From: Candidatus Melainabacteria bacterium 17Bon1m
GTDB lineage: Bacteria; Cyanobacteriota; Vampirovibrionia; Obscuribacterales; Obscuribacteraceae
Direction of reading: 5' to 3'
DNA length: 64,000 bases
Assembly: GCA_032128875.1 (NCBI GenBank)
Contig: JAVLKG010000005.1
Span: forward strand, 288,001-352,000
A program made the translations under genes and the position numbers. Below are positions 18,644 through 28,243 of this stretch, piece after piece (position 1 is the stretch's first letter; each line of letters opens with the position of its first letter). The notes beneath the pieces are model-generated. The model worked only from the letters and a program-made list of their open reading frames with translations, did no database searches and was not told the origin of the DNA.

Positions 18644-19576
18644 CTACACCTCGAAAGTCGTCATCTTAATTAGGATCCAGAAGCCGACGCCTTCCCAGAG
18701 GATAAGAACGATCAAAACGATTCTGGCGATTGGGTGGTTCAAGAACGGAACGATATAACCAGGGGATGCCAGGTATGTCATCAGTGTGATGCCGTAAGGC
18801 AAGCAGCCGATGAATGTCGCAGTCGCTTTACCTTGTGCGGTAAGCGCGTTCATGAAGTCGCGAAGTTTGAATCTTTCCCGGATTGCTTCGGCGATACAAG
18901 CAACAACGTCAGCGAGGTTGCCCCCTACGTCCTGACTGATGAAGATTGCTTTGGTCAAGAGCATGAAGTCGGGTGTACGGATACGAGTAGCCATTTCACC
19001 CATGCAGTCTCTGAATGGTTTACCGAGCTGCAATGAAACCAGACCGCGCTTGAACTCAGCGCGAATAGGATCGGGTGCAACTTCGGACAAGACCTTGAAC
19101 ACTTCCATAACCGGCGAACCGGCGCGGAGTGCGGACACCATTGTTTCTAGAACTTGCGGCAATTGAGCGGTCATTTTGTCCTGGCGTTGTTTTGCAACGA
19201 AGCCTAGATATTGAATGTATCCGCCGATGCCCAGAGGAACACCGAGAATAAATGCAGGTATCGACATTTCAGGCAGACCGCTGACTACAGCGATAACTGC
19301 CAGCACCAGTCCGGATGCAACGGATGTGACGATCCACTGCATTTTGATCTGGTCGTACTTGGACTCCAAGCCGGCTTGCGCCAAAATGCGTGACAAGTAG
19401 TCAGTGCGTTGCTTGAGGAAGATATCGATTTCGACAGCTTCCTGGTTTTTTTCCAGCATCTTGCGCTGGTGCTTGCCGAGCCTCGAAAGCTCGTCAGCCC
19501 ATTGGCTTCTAGTGGCGGCCATGATGATGAGACCGGCCAGTAGAACGAAGACAAAGACTATTCCGCCTACGCTCAT
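18644..19576 (-). CDS. tadB: Tad pilus platform protein TadB
   Basis: QLPQVLETMVSALRAG, PDPIRAEF, GGNLA, IRERFKL...ALTAQG. Confidence 0.9.
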   Translation of the reverse strand: MSVGGIVFVFVLLAGLIIMAATRSQWADELSRLGKHQRKMLEKNQEAVEIDIFLKQRTDYLSRILAQAGLESKYDQIKMQWIVTSVASGLVLAVIAVVSGLPEMSIPAFILGVPLGIGGYIQYLGFVAKQRQDKMTAQLPQVLETMVSALRAGSPVMEVFKVLSEVAPDPIRAEFKRGLVSLQLGKPFRDCMGEMATRIRTPDFMLLTKAIFISQDVGGNLADVVACIAEAIRERFKLRDFMNALTAQGKATATFIGCLPYGITLMTYLASPGYIVPFLNHPIARIVLIVLILWEGVGFWILIKMTTFEV

Positions 19577-19646
19577 TCTTTTTACCTATTCATTTATGTT
19601 GTGAACTCGGTGAACAACGATTGAATCAATATATATAAATCCAATT

Positions 19647-21296
19647 CTATCTGAGCCATTCGAGTTTGAACGGCACAGCTTCTTGCTCGAGCTGCTCCAG
19701 GAATTTCGGTGGCAGACCGGAGCCGACGTGGCGGCATTTGAAGAATCCTCTAGGGTCTCTTCCTTCCCGCTCTAAGTGGAACATCGTCGAAATTGCAATG
19801 GTGTCACCTTCCATACCGGTTATCTCGGATACTTCGGTGACTCGACGTGTACCGTCTTCAAGACGTCGAATCTGAATGATCAATTGAACGGCTGATGCGA
19901 TTAGTTCGCGTGCCGCTTTCAAAGGCATTTCAGCTGCGCCCATGAGAATCATGTTCTCGAGACGCTTTGTGCAGTCTCTTGGTGAGTTGGCGTGGATTGT
20001 GGTCATTGATCCACCGTGACCGGTGTTCATGGCCTGAAGCATGTCGAACGCTTCTTCCCCACGGCATTCCCCAAGAATGATTCGGTCAGGGCGCATCCGG
20101 AGGCAGTTGATTACGAGCATACGCTGTGTAATCTGACCTTTTCCTTCCGTGTTCATCGGACGGGTTTCCATCCGCACCCAGTGCTCGTGCTGCAATCTCA
20201 ATTCCGCCGCGTCCTCAATCGTGATGATTCGTTCGCGAGGGTTGATGTGTGCAGACAATGCGTTGAGCAAAGTCGTTTTACCAGAACCTGTACCACCAGA
20301 GATGATGGCGTTGATTCTGCCTTTGACGCAAGCTTTCAAAACTTCCGCCATCTGTACGGACATGGCGCCTTTTTCTACCAATTGTCCCAGTGACATGATC
20401 GACGTACCGAAGCATCGGATTGTGATCGTCGGTCCGTCGATGGTTACTGGCGGAATGGTTGCGTTTACCCGGGATCCGTTCGGAAGACGGGCATCAACCA
20501 TCGGTGAGTTATCGTCAAGTCTTCTGCCGAGAGGCTGAATGATCTTGTCGATTGTTTGGCGCAAGTGCCGTTCGTTTTCAAAAACTACGTTCGTTTTTTC
20601 AAGGCGACCGTGGCGTTCTACATAGACCATAGTTACGTTGTTGACGCAAATATCGCCGACGCTCGGGTCACGAAGAAGGGGACCAAGTGGACCAAAACCG
20701 AACACTTCGTCGAGCACGTTTTGCAGAAGGATACCCTTCTCCATCATCGTGAGCGGCGCTGGGTCGGAGTTGACGATTTCTCTGATACGAGCACGGACTT
20801 GTGCTTGCGTATCTTCGGAAATATTGGTCAAACGCGAAGTATCCAGCTCTCTTCTGAGCTGGTCGATAATTACCTTTTCGCGCTCACGGATAAGTTGTTG
20901 GTTTGCCGAGAATTTCGCACCCAAGTCACCTTGAGGTGATTGAACTTCAACCGGTCTGTGACCGTAATCGGTTTCGTCACGAGCATCAATTCTCTCGATG
21001 TCTGCGCGAGAAGGTTGTACACCTTCAGCTGCAGGCAATCCGCCGCCTGGTTTTGCGGCGCCTTGACCTTGAACTCCGGTGGCCGGTCCTGCCTGACGGT
21101 TCATACCAGAACCACCTGGCGGAGGAGCTGCGCCTTTAGCGCCGCCGACTCCAGTTTGTTGATTCGGAGAAGCTACGTTCGTTTGTTGATTTTGAGCAGG
21201 CGCCACTTCTGATGCCTGTCTTTGACGAACCAGCTGTCCCATCAAAGATGACGCGGGACGTGCGGGTAAATTCTGATCCTTTCTTTCGTCGCCCAT
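19647..21296 (-). CDS. tadA: Tad pilus assembly ATPase TadA/CpaF with low-complexity N-terminal extension
   Basis: GFGPL, VDARLPNGSRVN, GGTGSGKTT, TIEDAAEL, LRMRPDRIILGE, AMNTGH.GSMTTIHANS. Confidence 0.96.
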   Translation of the reverse strand: MGDERKDQNLPARPASSLMGQLVRQRQASEVAPAQNQQTNVASPNQQTGVGGAKGAAPPPGGSGMNRQAGPATGVQGQGAAKPGGGLPAAEGVQPSRADIERIDARDETDYGHRPVEVQSPQGDLGAKFSANQQLIREREKVIIDQLRRELDTSRLTNISEDTQAQVRARIREIVNSDPAPLTMMEKGILLQNVLDEVFGFGPLGPLLRDPSVGDICVNNVTMVYVERHGRLEKTNVVFENERHLRQTIDKIIQPLGRRLDDNSPMVDARLPNGSRVNATIPPVTIDGPTITIRCFGTSIMSLGQLVEKGAMSVQMAEVLKACVKGRINAIISGGTGSGKTTLLNALSAHINPRERIITIEDAAELRLQHEHWVRMETRPMNTEGKGQITQRMLVINCLRMRPDRIILGECRGEEAFDMLQAMNTGHGGSMTTIHANSPRDCTKRLENMILMGAAEMPLKAARELIASAVQLIIQIRRLEDGTRRVTEVSEITGMEGDTIAISTMFHLEREGRDPRGFFKCRHVGSGLPPKFLEQLEQEAVPFKLEWLR

Positions 21297-21334
21297 TTAA
21301 CAGCTCACCACCTTTTGTAATTTCGGTTTTTCGA

Positions 21335-22516
21335 TTAGCGCTTCGAGAAGATCGCGGGCAGTTTGAATCCGCCTTTCTTCTCTCCGTCCTTCGTCGTAAG
21401 TAATAGCTGCTCTCCTCCAGCGAGTCTGCGAGCTAATGAATCAAGTGCTTTTCCGAGCGCAGTGTGTCCAGGAGCGATCTGACCCTGGTTGTTGACCCAC
21501 TTGGCGGTCTTGGTGTCGTTCGGAATTTCATGGAACACAGGATAGTTAAGGTTCGCTCGGCATTCACTCAAAACGTCTTGCGGCAGCCATTCGGAGCGGT
21601 TGATAACGAGAAGCAGTTTTTCCTGGTTGTAGTGAGCTTTGAAAGTATCGAGACACTTTCTAGCGTTCAAGATGGACGCCCAGTTGTATTCAGTGAGTAC
21701 GAGTACATGGTCGGCCAAGTCGAGAGTCGCGATTGCGCGCTCGTCGAGAAGGTTTTTCGGAAGGTCCACGCAGGTGAATCTGAATTCCTGCTTGGCTGTA
21801 TATAGAATTTCTTGCACCTGCGCAGCGTAAATATCGCCGATGTCTTCCAATTCAGGTGGTGCAGCAAGGATGCTCAACTTGTCGTCGTATCTGGTCATCA
21901 AGTTACGCAGATATGTGGCGTCGAAGTTGGTGTGCGAGAAGTCGATGGTGCTCAAACTGAACGATGGTTCGAGGTTGAGATAGTGGGACACCATGCCGAA
22001 TTGCAAGTCGAGGTCGACGATGCAAGCTTCACCATATTTGCCGAGATATCCAGCAAGGTTGGTGCAGATGGTGGTGGCACCGATACCGCCTGTCGGGCTG
22101 AAGATAGCGACGACTTTACCGGCGGCAGTCGAGACGGACTCTGACTGGTGCTTGAGTTGAATAGATTGAACGGCAGCAGGCAAATCTGTCCGCCAGCGTT
22201 CGGCGTCGAGGAAGTCTGATGCGCCCAGTCGATAGGCTGTACGAATCAATTCCGGATCGGGTACTTCGTAACTGACAAAGAAGTAGAGCTGCGGGAAAGT
22301 TTCCCGCAGCTCTGCTAACAATGACAGTCCACGCACGGGAGCAGGGCTTAGCTCGATCCAGACCAACTTCGGATGCAAACTTCCGATTTGCTCGCGCGCC
22401 ATGCTCCCGGAGACTGTGCTCACGAGCGCCAATGACGGCTGGCTGTGAATCAGATCCTCGATCGTTTGACGCTTGTCCAAACCAGCGTCGCATACAAGAA
22501 GTGTGGTCAGTTTCAT
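21335..22516 (-). CDS. cpaE: CpaE/TadZ: receiver-like domain plus MinD/ParA-like ATPase
   Basis: N-terminal REC-like fold, deviant Walker A SPTGGIGATT, VDLDLQFG; upstream of tadA. Confidence 0.88.
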   Translation of the reverse strand: MKLTTLLVCDAGLDKRQTIEDLIHSQPSLALVSTVSGSMAREQIGSLHPKLVWIELSPAPVRGLSLLAELRETFPQLYFFVSYEVPDPELIRTAYRLGASDFLDAERWRTDLPAAVQSIQLKHQSESVSTAAGKVVAIFSPTGGIGATTICTNLAGYLGKYGEACIVDLDLQFGMVSHYLNLEPSFSLSTIDFSHTNFDATYLRNLMTRYDDKLSILAAPPELEDIGDIYAAQVQEILYTAKQEFRFTCVDLPKNLLDERAIATLDLADHVLVLTEYNWASILNARKCLDTFKAHYNQEKLLLVINRSEWLPQDVLSECRANLNYPVFHEIPNDTKTAKWVNNQGQIAPGHTALGKALDSLARRLAGGEQLLLTTKDGEKKGGFKLPAIFSKR

Positions 22517-22601
22517 AGTTTAAGCGTTCTCCTCCTACCAACAGCCCCATCTAATAGTTGTACCCATCAGATAGGTGATGTTCACTCGACCTAAGGGCTT
22601 A

Positions 22602-23555
22602 CTAGCTCTTCGGTACAGAAAGGACATCTTTCTTGCTGCCGGACCAAATTTCAATTTCGTGCAATGGTGGTGGTGGCGGTGGTGCCGCAGGCAGTCCTGC
22701 TCCTGGTCCGCCGGGTCCAAGATCTGGAGCACCGGGAAGCGGAGGCGGAGGAAGAGCTGACGGCGGGGGAAGCGCAGCTAGGTCAGCAGCTGGCTTCGCC
22801 GGTTTAGGGAAAAGGCTGGTCACATCCACCGTAGCGATCGGAGAGTGATCCTTTTCGTTTCTCAAGGTCAAATAGAGCTTGCTAGCAACAATAGCCTTGA
22901 TCAGCTTCTGCGAATCTTCCGGGCTGACTGCAACAGTCACGGAACTTGCAGGTACTGCATTTGTTGTACCTGGTTGCTTCTGGTAAACCTGACCGCAAGC
23001 AATAACTTCTACATCCGAGAGGATGCAGGATGCTTTCGTGTCAACACCAGCACCAACCGAGGCGTAGATGTCTACATGGCTTTCCGGTTGAACAAAGCCG
23101 GCAACACCGGTGTTGTTATCAACTGCGAAAGTCAAGGCGCGCATACCTTCTTTCAGTCTGGATTCAAAGCCAAGCGTCATCCCTTGCGGAGCCAAGTCGT
23201 GTTGCGACACGATCTGTCCCGAAGCGATACCGTATTTGGCGATGCGTCCTGCAGCCAAACTGGCCGAAGTGATAGCGTCTTGCGGAATCTTCGCTTGTTC
23301 GAGTTCCCGCTCTTCGAGACCTTCGGTAGGAATTGTTTGGCCTTCAGGAATATCCTTGATGGCGTAAACAACCTTGCCTTTGGCTTCGGCTTTGCGCTTC
23401 ATTTCTTCGACTTGTTGCGCATATTTAGTCTCTGACTCGCTTACCTTTCCGGTGACCATCATCGTTACGACAACAGCCAAACCGATGATGATTAGGAGCA
23501 TCACGGCTGGAGGCATTCGAGAGAGGCTTAAGAACAACGCACGTAATGGGTTCAT
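22602..23555 (-). CDS. cpaB: Flp pilus assembly protein CpaB/RcpC
   Basis: TM, SAF domain (VVYAIKDIPEG), GMRALT, GVAGFVQP..VD, LYLTLRN; poly-Pro tail. Confidence 0.92.
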   Translation of the reverse strand: MNPLRALFLSLSRMPPAVMLLIIIGLAVVVTMMVTGKVSESETKYAQQVEEMKRKAEAKGKVVYAIKDIPEGQTIPTEGLEERELEQAKIPQDAITSASLAAGRIAKYGIASGQIVSQHDLAPQGMTLGFESRLKEGMRALTFAVDNNTGVAGFVQPESHVDIYASVGAGVDTKASCILSDVEVIACGQVYQKQPGTTNAVPASSVTVAVSPEDSQKLIKAIVASKLYLTLRNEKDHSPIATVDVTSLFPKPAKPAADLAALPPPSALPPPPLPGAPDLGPGGPGAGLPAAPPPPPPLHEIEIWSGSKKDVLSVPKS

Positions 23556-24323
23556 TACGGTTCCCCCTTCTGTCTTCTCTAAAGAGAAAGATTAACCAAT
23601 TACTATTAACGCACATCGGGGGAACAAGAACAACGGCTGCCCTGTCGCACCCATTTAGTCCTTACCCGACGGCGCGATTTCTAAACAGACCTGATCTTAC
23701 CGATACTGGCAACAAATCAGGCAAATCAAGAGGTTGGGTTTCTTGGTCTGTCGCGAAAAACTTACAAAAACTAGGATGCCGAGTGGGTTTCAACCTTACG
23801 CCTTACCGTCTCATAACATTTGCTACCAATGACAACTTATCACACGCGGTGGTTTCGCCGCTTTGCATCTGGGGCTAAAAGGCAAATTTTTTTGAAAAAT
23901 GTAGGTGCTGTGTAGCTTTTTGTTGCGAGACGACAATTTTTATCGGTGTAAGGGCCGTCCCAAAGACTCTTGAATACAGGGTCTTCACTCTCACACAATT
24001 TTCACAGCCGACTGATAAAGAACGCGGAATTAGAACGAACTTTGATAATTGGTGGTGGCGTTTTCGTAAGGCACCACGGATAGTGATTGTCATTTGCCGG
24101 CAAGATCTTGCCAGGCTCTTCTTTTTGTCAAAAACCAAACTTGGAATTCGAGAGTCGCTCGCCTAACTATGCGCCACCACAGTGCCACCACGTAAGGTTC
24201 TTGTTAGAAGCGCCGCGTTTTTTTTATTCGCCACACAGAGGCGGATAATCGGCTTATAGACCCGGTTTCTAAGTGCATGTCTGAGAACTTTAGATGGACA
24301 GGAAATGAAGCTTTTAAAGACAA

Positions 24324-24347
24324 AGAAGGGAGCTTTCGCTCCCTTCT
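24324..24347 (-). terminator. Intrinsic terminator after flp
   Basis: Perfect 10-bp stem agaagggagc/gctcccttct with GAAA loop on the minus strand, then T-rich sequence. Confidence 0.75.
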
Positions 24348-24410
24348 AAAGCTTTCTGCCTGCCTAAGCGATTGCTCGCTTGAAGCAAACCACTGCGTGA
24401 CGCGACTCGG

Positions 24411-24608
24411 TTACGAGGCGGATCCTGCTGCGGCTGACAGGTTGTTCAATTGGCTGATAACTGCCGAGAAAGCGGCCGAAATAGCGGACGTCAAAGCGCC
24501 TTTGGTGATACTGAACACGAGCGCTACGAGAATCGCGACGAATGCGAGAATCGCGCCATATTCTGTAATACCTTGACCTGATTCGTCCCGAACGAAACGC
24601 TTCAACAT
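24411..24608 (-). CDS. flp: Flp/Fap type IVb(c) pilin
   Basis: MLKRFVRDESG|QGITEYGAILAFVAILV (G-x4-EY motif plus hydrophobic helix); SD AAGGAGG before ATG 24608; 65 aa. Confidence 0.95.
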   Translation of the reverse strand: MLKRFVRDESGQGITEYGAILAFVAILVALVFSITKGALTSAISAAFSAVISQLNNLSAAAGSAS

Positions 24609-25076
24609 GCATACCTCCTTATGTTGTCCCTTGCTTAAGAGAGAAAGATACACCAACCGGAACTTTTACTAAGCCCGCCGGCGCAAAGACCTATTCTAAG
24701 GGTGGACAACGTTTTTGTCGAAAATTTAGTAACACATCTGTCTAAAATATTGGCCAAATCCACACCGTTATGTTATCTGACTGCTACTCACCTCCTGAAA
24801 ACCGCCAAATGGATTGGCTTCTCTCTACTTATGCCCAGGTTTTGTCCTGCGCCACATAACCATCTTACCTTGGCATCTCCATAACCGGAAGAGGTTTTGA
24901 GATAAGTTGTCAAATTAAATTCTAGAGCCGCCACTGGTGAGGCGATCGAGACAAGTGCCGCGGGACCCAATAGTGACTTTGGCGGATATAAATAGGAGAA
25001 TGAGAATAATATATAGATCGTCAGATAGTGCGTCTTAACATTTGAAAGTCTCTCGTTACATATCAGGTCGACCTTA

Positions 25077-26066
25077 ATGCCAAAAGCCGAAAAAATCGAA
25101 AGTAAAGGGGCGAATAAATCTTCGAGCCCTCAGACTCTCGAAGCCAAGAGCGTGCAGCAGGCACTTTCAAGAGTCGACAAATACATAGAAAAAGCTTTTC
25201 GAAATGGAGCATGGGGTTATTCGCTGGGCGAGTCGCCGTGCATAGAGCCCACTGTCTATTGCTCGATTGCGCGGCGCAAAGACCATCACATGCGCAAGCA
25301 AGTAATCGAGTTTCTCTGTAGCAATCAAAATCAGGACGGCGGGTGGTCTACCTCTCCTGGTATCGGCAAGTCCGATTGGACAAGCGGATTGGCGCTATTG
25401 GCTCTGCGACTACTTTTCAAAGAGGATGGCGGAGTCGATGCCAAACATGCGGCGGCTATCGATAAAGCTGTTTCTTATTTATTTGATTCACGAACCGAGT
25501 TCTACGGTGCGCTGGCGAAGTTTTTGTTGTTGATATCCAAGGGTGATGCAGGTTTGAACTATCCGCGAGGATGGCCCTGGTCGCCAGGATGCTTTCACTG
25601 GGTCGAACCAACCGCATACACACTGCTGGCTCTCAAACTTCCGGTGCATATCGAAAAACAAGACAGCAAGCGCGTTATCGAACGTGCTGACAACTTCCTT
25701 CTCGAGCATGCGTGCAAAGACGGCGGTTGGAATCATGGAAATGATTTGTGCTTAAAAGTATTCCTGCCTCCTTTTGTCGTTACTTCGGCAGAGGCGTTAG
25801 TTGCGCTTGCAGATCACCAGTCGGCTGATGTGGTGCAGCATGCGCTCAAGAATTTGCCCAACACAATCGGTTACGCGGGATCGGCTATGTCTCTTGCTTG
25901 GGTTGCAATAGCTCAAAAGTCTCACGATCGAGATACGTCTGAATCGATAAAGAAGTTGATAGAAAGGCAGCACGAAGATGGCTCGTTTGGTCCCAACTTA
26001 ATGGTGACCGCTCTTTCGATGCTGGCACTGCAGGCTCATCTCGGCGACAATGTTCTTAAGGTATAG
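25077..26066 (+). CDS. Prenyltransferase/squalene-cyclase-repeat (alpha/alpha barrel) protein
   Basis: QW-like repeats NQNQDGGW, CKDGGW, RQHEDGSF; no DxDD. Confidence 0.7.
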   Translation: MPKAEKIESKGANKSSSPQTLEAKSVQQALSRVDKYIEKAFRNGAWGYSLGESPCIEPTVYCSIARRKDHHMRKQVIEFLCSNQNQDGGWSTSPGIGKSDWTSGLALLALRLLFKEDGGVDAKHAAAIDKAVSYLFDSRTEFYGALAKFLLLISKGDAGLNYPRGWPWSPGCFHWVEPTAYTLLALKLPVHIEKQDSKRVIERADNFLLEHACKDGGWNHGNDLCLKVFLPPFVVTSAEALVALADHQSADVVQHALKNLPNTIGYAGSAMSLAWVAIAQKSHDRDTSESIKKLIERQHEDGSFGPNLMVTALSMLALQAHLGDNVLKV

Positions 26067-26075
26067 GAATCTAAA

Positions 26076-27239
26076 GTGGATCACAACGTTAAGCGGTGTC
26101 CCAAGACCGGGCGAATCATAGGGCAGCCTCAGCCGAGAAGTGAAGCGCGTGACGATACGTCCGGCTCAGGGCGTTCCGGCAGCGACACTACGAAGAGCGG
26201 CATTCCCAGAAGAACCTTCATCGCCGGATCGGCTGCAGCAGTAGGTAGTTTTTCCTTGACTGCCTGCGGCGGAAAAACCTTGACCGGCAAGCCGCTGCCC
26301 ACGCCGACGGAGTCTCAGCGCGCTCGCAAGAAGCAGACGCCGTCGACTGTCGCATTGGTACCGTGCGCTTCGTACGAAGACGATCCGATGCCGGAGTTGA
26401 AGAAGTATGCAAAATTACTCAAGCTGCCTGACTTGTCTGGCAAGACCGTATTGCTAAAACCAAACATGGTCGAATTCCATCCAGGCAGCCCGGTCACGAC
26501 GAATCCTGCAGCGCTGAAAGCGGCATTCCATTTATTTGATTATTTAGGCGCCAAGGACATCATCATTGGCGAGGGTCCTGGGCACATGCGCGACACAGAG
26601 TTTCTTCTCGAGGCAACCGGTCTGGGAAAGGCTTGCAAGGAACTCGGTGTGAAGTTTGTGGATCTCAACCTGGACGAGCTGGAAGTCTTGGATTTGAAAG
26701 AAGGCTTTTCTGGTTTGAAACATATGTTTTTGCCGCGAACATTGATGAATGCGGATGTTGTGGTGAGCGTGCCGAAAATGAAAACGCACCATTGGGTCGG
26801 AATGACCGCATCCATGAAGAATTTTTTCGGTGCTGTGCCGGGTCGCAAATATGGATGGCCCAAAAACCTTCTGCATATGCGTGGCATTCCGCAATGCATT
26901 CTAGATCTGCAAGAGCTGATCAAGCCTCGCTTTGCTTTAGTTGATGCAGTCGTCGCCATGGAGGGTGACGGCCCTATTAACGGTAAGGCTAAAGAGATGG
27001 GATTTTTTGTACTAGGCGATGACCTTGCTGCAATCGACGCAACATGCGCTCGGACAATAGGATTTGATCCTTACGAACTTGATTACATCAAGATTGCCGG
27101 TGAGGTTGTCGGCAATATCAGCACAGACGCGGTGAGCGTGATCGGCTTGGAAGTGGATAAAGTGAAGAAAACTTTTGAGCGGCCAGTAACTTTCAAGAAC
27201 AAAAAACTGCTTGCCGAATCCGAGAATCAAGCGAGCTAG
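26076..27239 (+). CDS. DUF362 domain protein with Tat/lipoprotein-like leader
   Basis: VLLKPN, TTNP, IGEG, VPKMKTH, SMKN.FG, EGDGP; PRRTFIAG...LTAC. Confidence 0.85.
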   Translation: MDHNVKRCPKTGRIIGQPQPRSEARDDTSGSGRSGSDTTKSGIPRRTFIAGSAAAVGSFSLTACGGKTLTGKPLPTPTESQRARKKQTPSTVALVPCASYEDDPMPELKKYAKLLKLPDLSGKTVLLKPNMVEFHPGSPVTTNPAALKAAFHLFDYLGAKDIIIGEGPGHMRDTEFLLEATGLGKACKELGVKFVDLNLDELEVLDLKEGFSGLKHMFLPRTLMNADVVVSVPKMKTHHWVGMTASMKNFFGAVPGRKYGWPKNLLHMRGIPQCILDLQELIKPRFALVDAVVAMEGDGPINGKAKEMGFFVLGDDLAAIDATCARTIGFDPYELDYIKIAGEVVGNISTDAVSVIGLEVDKVKKTFERPVTFKNKKLLAESENQAS

Positions 27240-28240
27240 CTTGGCTGCAACTCTTCCTTATACATAGAATGCAAATGCGCGGACTGACGATACCATTCCA
27301 CCATTTTTTTTAGACCGTCCTCAAAACTGTGCTGTGGGCGCCAGCCGACTTCGGCTGCGATTTTTGTATGATCGCAGACCCAGACATCTGCATCCCATGC
27401 TCTGTTTGGCATGCTGCCGAAAATCGGCTTTGATTCGATATTGAAAAGTGGTGCAGCAATTCGTACCACGTCCTTGAGTTTAGTTTGAATGCCGGTCCCT
27501 ACATTGTATATGGCGCCAGGATCGCTAGTTGACGTTAGTTCGCGCTTGGCGGCGAGCATGAAGGCTTCGACAGCGTCCTCTACGTAGATGAAGTCGTGAG
27601 CGCAATTTTCGTCGACAAGTTTTGGCCAGCGGCCTTCAACACCACAAGCGACAAGGTTTGTCATCAAACGATTTGGTTGCTCGTAAGGTCCAAAGCAGGA
27701 ATACAAGCGTAGTGTCGGCATATTGATTTTGTGTTCGCGCGCCATGTAGCTGCATAGTGTTGTGGCACCTGCCTTGGTGGCGGCGTAGTAAGTAGAGGGA
27801 TTGAGTGCCTCGTCCTCTTTTGGCGCGTGTTTTTTTTGTCCATACTCAGACGACGTCCCTGTATTAACAAAAGACTCACAGCCGTGTTCGACCGCGGCGT
27901 CCAGCAGGCGGCTCGTTAGTATGTAATTTGATTCGAGTATTTGATGCTTGTCCTGTTGCCACGAATAGGCTCCATGAGCTGCAAGGTGAAACACCCAGTG
28001 CGGTTTCACTTCCGCGAAAACGCGGTCAATGTCGGTGGGATCAGTCGGCGCATAGAAATCAAATTTGACATGCTCGTTGATGTCTGTGATACGCCATGGA
28101 AATTGATTGGTCTGTTTGCGCAATAAAAGGTGCACATAGTGACCTTCCGACACCAGGCGGCGCGCGACATTTGCACCTACAAAACCGGTGGCGCCTGTAA
28201 TCAAGACGACTTTTCTTTCGTTCGAATCAGGCATAAACAA
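27236..28240 (-). CDS. NAD-dependent epimerase/reductase (extended SDR)
   Basis: TGATGFVG, HLAA, GTSSEYG, YAATK. Confidence 0.9.
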   Translation of the reverse strand: MFMPDSNERKVVLITGATGFVGANVARRLVSEGHYVHLLLRKQTNQFPWRITDINEHVKFDFYAPTDPTDIDRVFAEVKPHWVFHLAAHGAYSWQQDKHQILESNYILTSRLLDAAVEHGCESFVNTGTSSEYGQKKHAPKEDEALNPSTYYAATKAGATTLCSYMAREHKINMPTLRLYSCFGPYEQPNRLMTNLVACGVEGRWPKLVDENCAHDFIYVEDAVEAFMLAAKRELTSTSDPGAIYNVGTGIQTKLKDVVRIAAPLFNIESKPIFGSMPNRAWDADVWVCDHTKIAAEVGWRPQHSFEDGLKKMVEWYRQSAHLHSMYKEELQPS

Positions 28241-28243
28241 CCA

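Noticed and set aside
23546-24138. ORFs 23546..23878 and 23875..24138 in the flp-cpaB gap as minor pilins
   Set aside because: No G-x4-E pilin motif, no hydrophobic helix and no SD.
24670-24705. ggcgcaaagac...ctaag resembling part of a c-di-GMP-I riboswitch near flp
   Set aside because: Wrong strand for flp, and no GAAA-capped P2 stem or P1 pairing could be built.
25077-26066. Squalene-hopene cyclase
   Set aside because: About half the expected length and lacks the DxDD catalytic motif.
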